In this document: one piece after another, positions 10,359 to 22,080 of the stretch
Position numbering within the stretch: position 1 is the stretch's first letter
Layout of the letters: each line of letters begins with the position of its first letter
From: an uncultured delta proteobacterium
GTDB taxonomy: Bacteria > Desulfobacterota > Binatia > UBA9968
DNA: 64,000 nucleotides
Assembly: GCA_963804165.1 (NCBI GenBank)
Contig: CAWDPO010000009.1
Coordinates: 93,682 to 157,681 of the forward strand
Direction: 5' to 3'
The notes under the pieces: generated by a model
Databases searched by the model: none
Told to the model about the DNA's origin: nothing
The model's input: the letters and a program-made list of their open reading frames with translations, nothing else
Made by a program: the position numbers and the translations under genes

Positions 10359-11371
10359 TTATCTCAGTTTGAAGATTTCCTTCCAAATCTTATCGTATTT
10401 GGGAAACTCTTTTAGATCGGCGGCCGTGATAAAGTACGCTTTTTCAGTCTTGGTCTTGTCGATCGGGTCCACCTTCGGGTGCGCTGGATTTCTCCCCCCT
10501 GAGCCATGACCTTCTGTCCTTCCTGGCTGGCGACCCAGCGGGCGAATAAGGTTGCAGCGTTCGGATGCGGCGCGTTCTTGAAAATCGCCGTGCCGTTGAT
10601 CGACGCAACGCCCTCACTGAGCAGGTAATTTACCGGAGCGCCCTTCTTTATTCGAATCGGATAATGGTGCGAATAGCAGGTCAAACAAGCCGCCGCCTGG
10701 CCGGCGACCAAAAGTTCAGCGAGTTGCGAATGACCTTTGTGAAACTCGACATTGTTAGCGGCGATTTTCTTCCAGTAATCGATCGCTTTTTCGTCGCTCT
10801 TGAACTTGTACTTGGCGAAAGCAAGGAGCATTTCCAGATCCCGCGGCTCCGCGATCAGGCGGTTCTTCCAGCGCGGATGGGTGAAATCGTCGTAGGATTT
10901 AGGCTCTTCGTCCTTCTTGACCAGGCTGGTGTTCCAGGCAGCGATAAAATATTGCAAATCGGAGGAAATCCAAAACCCGCCTTTCAATCCGTCAGGATAG
11001 GCTGCCGCTTCGGGCAAATTCACGTCGAGCAACAATCCCTGGTCGTGCACCTGGATGACATTTTCCAGCGGCACCTGTAAGACATCGCCAAGCGTCTTTC
11101 CGCCGCGCGCTTCGCTGACGGCGCGCGCGACGAGCTTGTCCGAAGTTGCGTCGACGTGATTGACCTTGATGCCCGGAAAGCGTTTTTCAAAAATAGGAAG
11201 AATGATCTCCGCATTAATCTGCGCCAAGGTCGCATAAAAATTCAGCGAGCCGCCCTCTTTGACTGCGGCTTTATGAAGTTCATCCAGGGACTGTGCTCGC
11301 GCCGGTATACTCTCAACCAATCCGGCTAGCGCCAAAGCCGCCAAGATTATGCGGATGTATCCAGTTATCAC
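10359..11371 (-). CDS. Fe3+/thiamine/polyamine-type substrate-binding protein, paralog 1 (frameshift near 10490)
   Basis: FEKRFPGIKV, APHPNAA.LF..W..S.EGQ; C-terminus IWKEIFKLR in another frame. Confidence 0.85.
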
Positions 11372-11453
11372 CAAACCTCCAACCGGGGATGCAAACGTGT
11401 AACGTTGATATCAACTTAAAACGGCGAGTCAATACGCCGTGACCGCCGTTCGC

Positions 11454-12480
11454 TTAACGTATTTTGAAAATTTCCTTCCAAGTCTTTTCGTAACGCCGCC
11501 ACTCCTTGATTTCTTCAGTGCCAATGGGATAGAGCGTCGCCGGGCGAATTTTCTCCACGGGTTCAACCTTAGGATGGGGTGGCAAACGACCTCCCGCGGC
11601 ATAAGCTTTTTGCCCTTCTTCGCTAGCGGACCAGCGGTAAAACAATCGGGCCGTGTTGGGATGGGGCGCGTCTTTAGCCAAAGCATTGGCGGTGATCGTC
11701 GCGATTCCTTCGGTGAGCATAAATCCGAGCGGAGCGCCCTTTTTGATTCGCGGTGGATAGTGGTGCGCGTAACAGGTCACGCAGGCAGCGGCTTGGCCGG
11801 CGACAAGGAATTCCGCGAGCTCGGAATGGCCCTTGTGAAATTCAAGATTATTGGCCGCCAGCTTGCGCACAAAGTCGAAACCCTTCTCATCGTTTTTAAA
11901 CTTATGCCTGGCCAATCCGATCAGCAATTCGACATCCCGCGCTTCGCCGATCATTTTTCCCTTCCATTTAGGATCGGCGAAGTCATCGAACTGCTTGGGC
12001 TCGTCTTCTTTCTTCACCAAGCTCGTATTCCACGAAGCGGTAATAATGACCATATCCGCGGCCAACCAATTCGCCGCCTTGAAATTGGCCGGATAAGCGG
12101 CGGCTTCAGGCGGGAGCCAGTCAACCACGAGCTTCTGATCGATGACCTGCAGGACGTTTTCCAAAGCCATCTGAAACACGTCGGACAGAACCCTGGCCGC
12201 CCCGGGCCTCGGTAATTGCGCGCGCCGCGAGCTTGTCAGCGGTGGCGTCGACGTGATTCACTTTGATACCTGGAAATCGTTTTTCGAATACCGGCAGAAT
12301 TTTTTCCGCATTGATTTGCGCTAGGGTGGCATAGAAGTTAAGCGTGCCGCCTTCCTTCAACGCCAATTTGTGAAGTTCGTCCAACGACTGAGTCTCCGCC
12401 GCTTCGACTCCCACGCATAGCGTAAGGGCAAGAACAACACTCATAAACGATAACACTACCGCCCGATTGATTCGTCGCAT
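11454..12480 (-). CDS. Substrate-binding protein, paralog 2 (frameshift near 12195)
   Basis: ORFs 12121..12480 and 11454..12179 join into one protein closely similar to paralog 1. Confidence 0.85.
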
Positions 12481-12533
12481 TTTGCCTCCAGTGAGTTAAG
12501 CGTTGATCGATAAGTCTTGGGATTCGATCCCAC

Positions 12534-13558
12534 TCATCGCAACTTGAAAACTTCCTTCCATATTTTTTCGTACTTATCGTACTGCTTTAGATCTTCCACC
12601 CCTACCGCGTAAATCACTTTCGGTCGATATTGGCTCGGTGGGTTCGACTTTTGGGTGAGCCGGCGTCCTGCCGCCCTTGGAATATACCGTCTGTCCTTCT
12701 TCGGACGCCGCCCAGCGGTTAAAAAGCCAAGCCGTATTCGGGTGCGGCGCATTTTTCATCACCGCCACTGCGATGATTCCCGCGGCACCCTCCGTCAACA
12801 TATAGTCGACGGGCGCGCCCTTTCGCTTGCGCTCCGGATAATGGTGCGAATAGCAGGTAAAACATGCCGCGGCCTGTCCGGCGACCAAAAATTCCGCGAG
12901 CTGCGAATGGCCTTTGTGGAATTCGACATTGTTCGCGGCGATCCGAGCCAGCACAGCGCGACGCCTTTTCCAAACTCTTATGCTTATGGGTGAGCCCGAT
13001 CGAGAACCTCATAGTCTCGTGGTTCAGCGATCAATCGCCCTTTCCATCGGGGATCGCCGAAATCGTCGAGCGCTTTCGGTTCCTCCTCTTTCTTGACCTT
13101 GTCCGGTGTTCCACGCGCCGATAAAGAAAATCAGGTTGTTGGCAGCCCAATAACGATCCTCTCAAGTTGGCCGGGTAAGCGGTCGTTTCAGGCGGAGCTT
13201 TCTCCAAGATCAACCCCTGGGCGTGAATTTTGCTGATATCTTCCAAGCCGAATTCCACGACGTCCGCGATGGTCTTACCGCCGCGGGCCTCGGTGATCGC
13301 GCGCGCCGCGAGCTTGTCCGAAGTCGCGTCGACATGATTGATCTTGATTCCCGGAAAGCGTTTCTCGAATACCGGATAAATTTTCTCCGCGTTGATCTGC
13401 GCCAACGAGCAATAACAATTGAGCACACTCCTTCCTCTTTAAGCGCCTTTTTATATAGCTCCTCGATCGTTTCGGTCTGCGCCAAGGCGTTGGCGCGAGG
13501 CCATCAACAACCCGAACAACAGAGCTATCAGGCCGATCACATTGGATTTGGACTGCAT
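12534..13558 (-). CDS. Substrate-binding protein, paralog 3 (multiple frameshifts)
   Basis: Pieces in several frames match paralogs 1 and 2 (LAQINAEKI.PVFEKRFPG, HKGHSQLAEFLVAGQAAAC, KIWKEVFKLR); GGAGG RBS before ATG 13558. Confidence 0.78.
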
Positions 13559-13590
13559 TGTCTTCACCTCCAATCTGAAATCAGAAACAA

Positions 13591-14670
13591 TTATTTTTTT
13601 CCGGCGCCTTCAAGGCATGTCTGCAATTTGTTCTTCAAATCGCCGCTCATGCCCAGAAACTCGACGACGAGTTTGTGGATATCCTCGCCGATCATCGGGT
13701 CGATTTCGAGCTGCCCTTGTTGGCGTCCGCCATCAATTCCTTGTCAGCGAACACTTTGTCAAAGGCTTTTTCCAGCGCCGCGCGCGATCCGGCGGCGTCC
13801 CGGGCGGTACGACATAGACTTTGCCAAAATCGTTGGGCGTGCTGGTGCCGTATTTGAGCAGAAGCCGATGCTCCTCGGTATCTGGCGAATTGCGGAATCG
13901 TCGGCACATTCGGGACGATCAAGTCTTTGATCGGTTTTTCCGATAGCTGTGCCAAGACGACCCATTCGCCGCTTTTAATCTTTTCAAAGGAGGTTATTTT
14001 CAGCGATGTGCAGGTATTGAAGAAGCCGTCGACTTCGCCGGAATCGATCGCCATGCGAACATCGGCGGTGCCCTTGTAGCCGAAACGACTTTGACATTGG
14101 CACCGAGAACGTCACGCATCAATGACCGGCGCGTGCTCCACTGTCGAGCCCGGAATGCCCCACGGTTATTTGCTTGCCGTTGGCACCGAAGATTTCATCG
14201 AATTTGGTACACTCCCGGTGCGTTTCGGGTTGCAATAAAAACATAGCTTTCGCTGACCGGGACGGCGAGATAGCGAAACTTGCCCATATCGTACTGAATG
14301 GCGGGATTAGCGAACAATTGCTCTAAGATAATCGGCCCTGAAATGTTTCCGATGACGGTTCCATCTTTCGGCGCGGCTTTGTAAATGTGGTTGGCGGCGA
14401 TGATACTGCCGACGCCGGCCATGTTGTCGACAATCACGTTCGGGATTTCCTGGAATATACTTAGAAAGATGCCGTCCAATTAGCCGAGAATATTGGTCGT
14501 AACCGCCGCCCGCCGTGAGAATCCAACAAAATGCGCAGGGTCTTATTCGCGGTAGAAGTCGGCCACCGCTTTTTCGTCGAAGGATGACGAGCCTGGCTGC
14601 GCCGCCCAGGCAGACGCGCCGTAGCCAAGAACAGTAAGAAAGCCAAGATCCACGATTGCCTTTGCCGCAT
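13591..14670 (-). CDS. TctC/Bug-like tripartite tricarboxylate transporter substrate-binding protein (multiple frameshifts)
   Basis: IVDNM.G.GS.IAAN..YKA.PKDG, GY.GT..VR.A...GEVDG, PPG motifs in fragments. Confidence 0.75.
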
Positions 14671-14788
14671 GGTCTCTCCTTGGTTCAACTTAAAACGGCC
14701 GTTTCTCAGTGCCTGATGATACCCTGGGCATCCAGTTATTAGACGTAGACGGCGTGTCGCGCTTCAGACGTCATCGGCGTCAATCGGC

Positions 14789-15767
14789 CTACAAATTCTC
14801 CAACCTCTTCAAAGTCGCGCCGTAGTCCTCGACCGCCCTATCGACAGGATAATCCGGCTTCGATAGCCGAGCTGTTCCTTGGCCCGGGAAAAATCGCTCG
14901 GCAAGCGCGATTCGGGATAAGGCATGGGATTTTTGTTTTGATGAGCTCGATATTGGCCCCGGGAAATGTTCTTGCGGATCGGCATCGACGATATCGTCGC
15001 CGCTCACCGTTTCGCCATTGCCTATGTGAAAGAGCGTGTCTTTGAAGCTTGTCCTTGAGCACAGCAAGAACCGTCCCCTTGGCGGCGTCTTTGCCGTACA
15101 GAATCTCCGCCGGTCCATAAGGCCAGCCGATTTGCGCCGACTCGCCCTTGACCGCTGCGCGAATCATTTGCTGAATGGCGATCTCGCGGGTCGCTTTGAG
15201 CGCCGCCGGCGAGGGGCCGTAAAGGCCGCCGGTGTAACGAAGGCAAATAAATTCGAAGCCATACCGCTTCGCGTAAGCGCGCCCCATGAATTCGCAGCTC
15301 GGCTTTGGTCGCCGCATAAACCGATGGCGGATTCATCGGAATACTTTCGTCGATCTTGGATACCCCTTCGCCGAGGGAACCCAAGTACACCGTGCCGGAG
15401 CTTGGAAAAACAACGCGGGAAACATTTTCCAAGCCGCGCCGCTTCGAAGACATTTACGGTGCCCATGTAGTTCAAGCGCACACCGCTATACGGGCGGCGC
15501 TGGACTTCTTCGCCCAGAAAGGCCGCCAGATGAATGATGCGGTCGCAATCGTTTTCGCGAATGCGCCGAAATAATCGCCGGCAGATCCATCATGTCGCCA
15601 CGGATCAGCCTGACTTTGCTGCTATCGACGCCGACGGCACTGAGCAGCCGCTCGTTGAGGGCGACGTCGAATACCACAGGGCGCTCGCCGCGCTCAAGCA
15701 ACATCCCCACCGCATAGGCGCCGACCAAACCGGAACCGCCGGTGACGAGAATCCCTTTTTTAGCCAT
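14789..15767 (-). CDS. NAD-dependent epimerase/dehydratase (extended SDR; multiple frameshifts)
   Basis: TGGSGLVG, N..GT.NVFEAAR, YAATK in successive frames. Confidence 0.78.
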
Positions 15768-15943
15768 AAAAACGTTCCCTTGCGGAGAAGTGCCTCTAGT
15801 ATATCAAATGGTATATTGAGTCAACGTAGCGGCAATTATTCTTGTCCGGTTTGTCGCGCAATGGCGGCATGCCTTGACCTCGTGCCTTTTTTAAGCATTA
15901 TGTCAGCCGGCGCGTCTAACAGAATGTACAGGAGGAACCGGCT

Positions 15944-16934
15944 ATGCCGTATCGTTGGACACCAGCACTTCTAACCTTCATCGCTCTTCTTGCCGCGCAT
16001 TCGGCGGCGAGCGCTCAAGAAAGACTCCGGCTTGCATGGGCGGGGTTTAGCCCCACCAATAGCCCGATCTGGGTCATCGAAGATCGCAAGCTGATGCAAA
16101 AACAGGGCGTCCAACCGGAAATCATCGCGATCAGCGCCAGCCCAACCGTACTGCAAGCCCTGCTGGCGAACGAAATCGACGCCGCCAGCATTTCGGTGAC
16201 AACACTTACAAGCTCGCGCCTGGCCGGCGCCGACACCGTGATGATCGTCGGAGTGGTTCCGACATTTGTCGACCACATCGTTTCATTGTCGAGCATCACA
16301 ACAGTCGAGCAACTCAAGGGTAAAACAGCCGGTGTCAATCGTCTGGGCAGCACGTCTGATCTAGGATTGCGGCTGGCGCTGAAAAAACTTGGCGTTGACC
16401 CGGAAAAGGATGTCAAGATCATTCCCACAGGCGGCGACCGCGGAGAGATTCGCGGCGCTTTCAAAGGGCGTAACTCAGTTCACCATCATCCCGGAACCTT
16501 TCTTGACCCAGGCGGAAAAACTCGGTTTCCGCAATCTTTACAACATCACCGATCTCAAAATTCCCTTCTGGTGGAACGGCATCCTCAGCCGGGAAGCCAT
16601 CGTCAAAACCAAAAGACCGCTTATGCTAAAACTGACCCGCGCAATGGTGGAAGCGATCCACATCATCAAAACCGAGAAGGAATATGCCAAAGGCCTCATT
16701 AAGAAGAATCTCGGCGTCGCCGATCCAGAAGGCCTGGAGCGAGCCTACAAGGACTATTCGAACGTGTTTCCTGAAATACCCTATCCAACTTCCGACGGCG
16801 TTAAAACCATGCTTGATGATATGGCGCCTAAGAATCCTAAGGCAGCGTCCGCCGATCCTAGAACGTATGTCGACCTGAGCCTTGTCGCCGAGCTGGAAAA
16901 ATCGGGGTTTATCAAGCAGCTCTATAAGAAGTAA
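15944..16934 (+). CDS. NitT/TauT-type substrate-binding protein (frameshift near 16437)
   Basis: Signal peptide, LKGKT.GV.RLGS.SD; ORFs 15944..16702 and 16389..16934 join. Confidence 0.83.
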
Positions 16935-16955
16935 ATCGCCGACAAGTACAAATTC

Positions 16956-17023
16956 TTGGAGTGTCGGAGTAATGGAGTATTGGGTCTCCGAAAACCCATC
17001 GCTCCATCACTCCGGTATTCCAA
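16956..17023. repeat. Inverted array of 8-nt units (TGGAGTAA / TCACTCCA)
   Basis: TTGGAGTGTCGGAGTAATGGAGTATTGGG ... CCCATCGCTCCATCACTCCGGTATTCCAA. Confidence 0.75.
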
Positions 17024-17106
17024 CCTTGCCGGCTCGGTTGAAAACGCTCGCCCGACCGCGGTAAGTGAAGCGGAGAACTTCACACACCAAAATCAGGAGG
17101 CAAGGG

Positions 17107-17942
17107 ATGGCAGAAATTATTCTACGAGACGAACATGAAATGTTGCGGCCGGGACTCGGTCGCCTCAAAGGCAGAGTCGCGATCGTTACCGGTGCCAATA
17201 GCGGCATCGGCCGCGCGACCGCGCGTCTGTTTGCGCGTGAGGGAGCGAAGGTGGTGTGCTGCGATATTCAGGAAACCATCTCGCCGCGCATCGACCAGCT
17301 CATCAAAGAAAAAGAAGGCGGCGATGTGGTCTTTGCCAATGTCGACGTCACTAAGCAGGAAGATCTGGACCGGATGGTGAAAGTCGCCGTCGACACCTTT
17401 GGCAAGGTCGATATACTTTACAACAACGCTGGCGCCGGCATTCGCAAGAAAGTTCACGAACACACCGACGAGGAATGGAATTTTGTGCTGAATACCAACT
17501 TGAACGCGATGTTTCGCGGCTGCCGCGCGGTGCTGCCCCATTTATCTAAAACAGGGTAGCGGCAATATCGTCACCACCGCATCGACATTCGGCTTGCTCG
17601 CGTCGCCGGAATATCCCGGCTATTGCGCTACGAAGGCGGCGATTATCAACCTGACGCGAGAGATGGCGCTCGATTACGGACCCTTGGGAATACGCATCAA
17701 CTGTGTCTGTCCCGGCGCCATCGAGACTCCGCGCTTTCGCGGCTTTCCGCCGCAGGCCGACTCTCGGTGAAGGCATGACGGACGAACAACGCAAAACCCT
17801 GGGCGGCAGTAATAAAGCCCTACTGCGCATGGGCCGTCCGGAGGAAATCGCCTACGGGGTGTTATTTCTGGTCTCGGATGAAGCTTCGTTTGTCACAGGC
17901 CACGCGCTGGTCATCGACGGCGGCCAAACGATCGACGCGTAG
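17107..17942 (+). CDS. SDR family oxidoreductase (two indels near 17545 and 17755)
   Basis: [17 protein letters not shown] in shifted frame, terminal FVTG..LVIDGG. Confidence 0.85.
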
Positions 17943-17950
17943 ATAAGATT

Positions 17951-18036
17951 GTTCAAGGTTCCAGGTTCAATGTTCAATGTTCAATGTTCAATGTTTTGAG
18001 TGCGCGCTTTGAACCTTGAACTTGGAACTTTGAACT
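17951..18036. repeat. Inverted heptamer tandem array (GTTCAAT)n / (YTTGAAC)n between convergent genes
   Basis: Six forward and four reverse units visible directly. Confidence 0.85.
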
Positions 18037-19117
18037 ACTTTCGTACGACGTACCAATTGTTCTGAATATCGTGAGCCAGCTCGTTTTTTTCCACTGAGCG
18101 AAAACCGGCCTTCTCCAAATACTCCCGCGTCTTTTCTTCGCCCCACATCGCGCCCAGCCCTTCGCCATTCTGCGCCAGCGATACGGTCATGCAGTGCATG
18201 CACGATACCGTATACAGAAATGGACCGAGCGGATGATCCAGGTTTTTGTGAATATGACTTGACCCTTTGATGTCCTGCATCAGATAAACGCCGGTGGGCC
18301 GCAGCGTGCGGTGAATGCCGCGAAGCACGTTCAGCGGCTTGGCCTGATCGTGGACCGCGTCGAAAGTCGTTACCAGGTCGAACGCTTCGGCCTCGGCTGT
18401 TTTATCGAATTGGCTGAGATCGGCAACGATAAACTCGATATTTCTAAGCTTCTTTTCAGCAGCTTCCTCCCACGCCGACAGAATTGCTTCGCTCGATAGG
18501 TCGATCCCGGTAAACCGGCTCTTCGGATAGAGTTCGGCGAGCCGATTGATAATCCGACCTCGGCCACAGCCGACGTCGAGCATTTGCATTCCGGCGCTGA
18601 GTCGTTGCGGCAACTGCGGAACCAACGGCACAATATGCAATTCCAGCGACGACAACACCGACTGCCCGCTATCCTCCGCCATGACGTCGTGGAAACGAGG
18701 GAATTTGGCGTAAGGCACGCCGCCGCCCTTTTTGAAGCATTCGACGATTTCCTCTTCGACCCCACCGAGCAGTGAAATGTACTGTGTGAATACACCGATA
18801 TTATCCGCGCCGGCCGGGCGGGTAAGAAATGCCGCGTGCTCCGCCGGCAATGTGAACCGGTTCGTCGACGGATCGACATCAACAATGCGGCCCGTAACCA
18901 TAGCGCCCAGCCACTCGCGCACGTAACGTTCATTCAGACCCGCTTTTGTTGCGATCTCGGCGGAGGTGGCCGGCTCCGTGTCGCGCATGGCGTCGAGCAA
19001 GCCGGTGCGGTGACCGATCGATAACATCAAGCACAGCGCGCCATCGTTGAGCGTAGTTAACAATCGCTCGGCAAAGGCGCCGGCTTTGGCGGAGTCAAAA
19101 GGTGAACCGGGTGTCAT
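18035..19117 (-). CDS. Class I SAM-dependent methyltransferase with N-terminal winged helix (Rv2258c-like)
   Basis: GL.ERYVREWL, LDVGCGRG, FDAVHD, GLGAMWG. Confidence 0.9.
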   Translation of the reverse strand: MTPGSPFDSAKAGAFAERLLTTLNDGALCLMLSIGHRTGLLDAMRDTEPATSAEIATKAGLNERYVREWLGAMVTGRIVDVDPSTNRFTLPAEHAAFLTRPAGADNIGVFTQYISLLGGVEEEIVECFKKGGGVPYAKFPRFHDVMAEDSGQSVLSSLELHIVPLVPQLPQRLSAGMQMLDVGCGRGRIINRLAELYPKSRFTGIDLSSEAILSAWEEAAEKKLRNIEFIVADLSQFDKTAEAEAFDLVTTFDAVHDQAKPLNVLRGIHRTLRPTGVYLMQDIKGSSHIHKNLDHPLGPFLYTVSCMHCMTVSLAQNGEGLGAMWGEEKTREYLEKAGFRSVEKNELAHDIQNNWYVVRK

Positions 19118-19135
19118 TTAAGGCCCTCCAATTGA

Positions 19136-19873
19136 TTAGCTTCCGAATACGCGACTAACTTCCGCCGCGACCTGTTCGTGCGCCTGATCTCGGCACGCGC
19201 GGCCGTGCGCGCCGAGCAAGTGTTGGAACTCCAGTTTTAACAAGCGCTCAAAGTCGGCGCGCAATGATTGGCCCGTGGGCGTCATCGCCTTGAGCCAGAA
19301 AGTTCCGATCAGCATGCGCAGCGAAAAGCCATTAACTCTAATCACTATTTCGGCGGCAAGGGTGCAGTAACTCCAGTCCGTCCAATACTGCAGGCTGTCG
19401 CAGGATATTAAAACGCCGCCATGGTTCTTAAGCAAGACGGCGCCCTCCGGAAACTTCGTCGCTTTGAATAGAAATATCTCAGCGGACGGAATCGGCAATA
19501 ACGTCTCGTCGCGAAGTAACTGTGTCGGGCGCGGCTCACGGTAACGCTCCGATCCGGGTTGACACCAGAATTCCGCGCCGTAGCGATCGACGTAATAGCG
19601 GTCATCCACACCATGATAGTAACCGATTCGAAGGACGTGCTTCACCTTGCCGAGTGTTTCCAACTGCGCTTCCGCTGGCGCCGAAAGCCGCACCGGGTTA
19701 ATCAAACTGAGCTCACCGCCAGTGCGCACGATCGCCATGTTTCGATTCAACCGTATGCCGGGGCCGACGCGCGCGCTGCCGTGGACAAGATAAATATTAG
19801 GAAAGATCTCTTCGACCGGCTCGTGCGGCAAAGCCGCGGGATAAGCGGCGGGACGGATCGTTGAGCTAGCCAT
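19136..19873 (-). CDS. Hypothetical protein, DUF4336/metallo-beta-lactamase-like
   Basis: RNMAIVR...L.LINPV, HGVDD, L.FQHLL.AHG. Confidence 0.6.
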   Translation of the reverse strand: MASSTIRPAAYPAALPHEPVEEIFPNIYLVHGSARVGPGIRLNRNMAIVRTGGELSLINPVRLSAPAEAQLETLGKVKHVLRIGYYHGVDDRYYVDRYGAEFWCQPGSERYREPRPTQLLRDETLLPIPSAEIFLFKATKFPEGAVLLKNHGGVLISCDSLQYWTDWSYCTLAAEIVIRVNGFSLRMLIGTFWLKAMTPTGQSLRADFERLLKLEFQHLLGAHGRACRDQAHEQVAAEVSRVFGS

Positions 19874-20022
19874 CACTCCCCTACCCCATCACTCCAAGCA
19901 TTCTAGAAATTATGCCCAAGTTGGAAAATTTCCTTCCGTAGCGAGCTCTTTGATGCGTTCGTCGAGCTGGCGCAGGTGACTCCGTCGGTCCCCCGTGCCA
20001 CCTCATTTAAGAACTCCCCCAG

Positions 20023-20280
20023 TTAACTCTGGATATCATGTTCACGCGCGAGCATGCCGTCGATGGCATTAAGTGCCACGCGGACGAAACGCGCGACGCG
20101 CATCAGCAGCAACGGCCATCTGGATTGCGGATTCACGAAAATTATAGCGCCAAGACAAAAAGATAGTGCTGCCGCAGCGATGGTCACGTGATTCGCTGTG
20201 ACGCCGCTCGCCGGCATCGACCTTACCAAGGGTCTGAGTAGTGCTTGAAAACGCGGCTTGAGATCGTAGACCGACGGCAT
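20023..20280 (-). pseudogene. Truncated CDP-alcohol phosphatidyltransferase (YnbA-like)
   Basis: MPSVYDLKPRFQALLRP, GVTAN.VT, LNAIDGMLARE, then stops at 85 aa inside the motif. Confidence 0.75.
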
Positions 20281-20285
20281 GAACT

Positions 20286-21173
20286 CTACGGCCGCGCCGC
20301 CGGCGCATCAGTCTCGATCACCTTGGCAAGAGGCAGATATTCTCTTGCGAATATCTCAATGGAGTGCGCCAGATCGTCTGCTGTTCGATCCAAGTTCCGC
20401 CGCGAGCGGAGGTCGTTGCCGAACTCCAGCTGAATCGCGTCGATGCGGGTGCCGCGATGGCTGCCATAGGTCTGGGTCGTGTAGCCTCCGGTATAGCGTT
20501 GCTCGCGGCCATCGCCGACGCCGGTGGGCGCAATCTTGTATCCTTTCAACGACATCTGCGCCAAGATACTTTTAGGTCCGTTGACGGCGTCAGCGCCGAA
20601 ACGCTGCCGTAGTGCCGCGACGCTTCTGCCATTGTTGGTACCGCGAAAAATCGTGTCCGCTACCGTGCCCTGTCCGTGAATGTCGAGCAGCAGTCCGCCG
20701 CCCCACTGGAGGCGAATCTGCTCCGAAGCTTCGGCGAGCGCCCGATGGTAATCATCGTAATAGGGTTTTGCCGCAGTGGACTCATAGGCCGCCGTTTCTG
20801 GCCGATTAGCGTCCACATACTTTCTCTCGAAATGCGCGAGTACAAGAAACGGCCGAGCGCCGAATCGATTGCCGACCTTCAGCGCGAGCGTTTCGGCAAG
20901 TTCCGCCGTGTTGTTATCCCGTTCGGTGGTGAACTGCGGCACGCCGGCACCGCGCCGGATCGGGACTCCCGCGATCGCTTGTCGGCCGCCGTGGGGCGCG
21001 GCAATAATTATCGGCAACGTGCCCATCGCGGTGGTGAGTAAACGCGACGCTTCGCTATTCGCCGGCGGGTCGGCAAGCACCGGCGAGATAACCACCAGCG
21101 TCAACGACAGTATTGCTGTTCGTCCGCAAACCCGAAGCCACGCTACTATCGATTCCGACGTTAAATATCGCAC
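20286..21173 (-). CDS. N-formylglutamate amidohydrolase-like protein, probably exported
   Basis: APHGG, R..VDANR, LLDIHG, GGYTT, AIQLE. Confidence 0.8.
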   Translation of the reverse strand: MRYLTSESIVAWLRVCGRTAILSLTLVVISPVLADPPANSEASRLLTTAMGTLPIIIAAPHGGRQAIAGVPIRRGAGVPQFTTERDNNTAELAETLALKVGNRFGARPFLVLAHFERKYVDANRPETAAYESTAAKPYYDDYHRALAEASEQIRLQWGGGLLLDIHGQGTVADTIFRGTNNGRSVAALRQRFGADAVNGPKSILAQMSLKGYKIAPTGVGDGREQRYTGGYTTQTYGSHRGTRIDAIQLEFGNDLRSRRNLDRTADDLAHSIEIFAREYLPLAKVIETDAPAARP

Positions 21174-21202
21174 CGCGTCTGGCCGGTAATTCCGATTCCG
21201 TC

Positions 21203-21964
21203 CTATTTCGGCTCGGGCATTTTAGCCGAAAGCTTTTTGATGAATTCCGGCGGAAAGGGCTCGGCCTGGAGCTCGCGAGCTTTCTTTACTCTGAGCCAGG
21301 CCTCGGAATAGCGTTCCTGGTCGTATAAGGACATCGCCCACTCGCGCCAGCTCGGGGCGAATTTGGGATCGTTTTCCAGGCTCTCGGTAAACCGCGAATT
21401 GGCTAAAACAAAATGCTGCGCCCGTTCGAGCTGCCGATCCGCCGGTATTCGTGCCGCGTACGCCGAATGTACCGTGCCTAGGTCGCAGAGCAACGCCACC
21501 CGCTGGGCCGGATCCTCGATCAGCTCACGGGCCGTTTCCAGCTGTTCTAACGCCTCGGCGAGTTTTCCTTTTTCACTCAGCACCGCGCCGAATCCCCAAA
21601 AGACGCTGTAGTTTTTAGGGTTTAAGAGCCACGCTTGATTGAAACGCTGCATCGCGAGATCGGCCTGCCGCGATCGGACCGCGGACCACCCTTGAGCCGC
21701 CAGCGTGTTGCTGCCCGCTTGCCGGTTGCCGTAACGCAGGGTCGAGTCGCGGATAAATACCTCATCGTTTTTCTTGAGATTGTCAGGCCGCGCGATCTTC
21801 GGCTGTCCGAACATTGGCAGCGATTCCGTCGCATCCGCTTGAGCACGGGCGATCGGCGAGGCAGCAAGAAGAAAAATTATTGCCCACTGCAACATTCCAC
21901 GTGACAACTTCATCATAAGACGCAGCAAACGCAATTTATGTTCCCCGTTCGTCAAAAGTTCCAT
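21203..21964 (-). CDS. Exported tetratricopeptide repeat protein
   Basis: LPMFG, AM.RFNQAWLL.P helical repeats, signal-like segment. Confidence 0.75.
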   Translation of the reverse strand: MELLTNGEHKLRLLRLMMKLSRGMLQWAIIFLLAASPIARAQADATESLPMFGQPKIARPDNLKKNDEVFIRDSTLRYGNRQAGSNTLAAQGWSAVRSRQADLAMQRFNQAWLLNPKNYSVFWGFGAVLSEKGKLAEALEQLETARELIEDPAQRVALLCDLGTVHSAYAARIPADRQLERAQHFVLANSRFTESLENDPKFAPSWREWAMSLYDQERYSEAWLRVKKARELQAEPFPPEFIKKLSAKMPEPK

Positions 21965-22080
21965 CTTCGAACTAACATGACGCGACGCGTTGTTCTAGAG
22001 ATCCGTAGCGATTAGTTAAAACCGAACGTGCATGCTTCAACAGGGGTCACCCATTTTACATTTTATGGCATTGACTCCGA

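Noticed and set aside
17530-17560. TAG read-through (pyrrolysine) in the SDR gene
   Set aside because: The protein continues in a different frame, so this is an indel; no pyl or sel genes were seen.
17951-18036. Possible CRISPR array in the repeat-rich spacers
   Set aside because: Units are 7-9 nt, contiguous and inverted, with no unique spacers and no cas genes.
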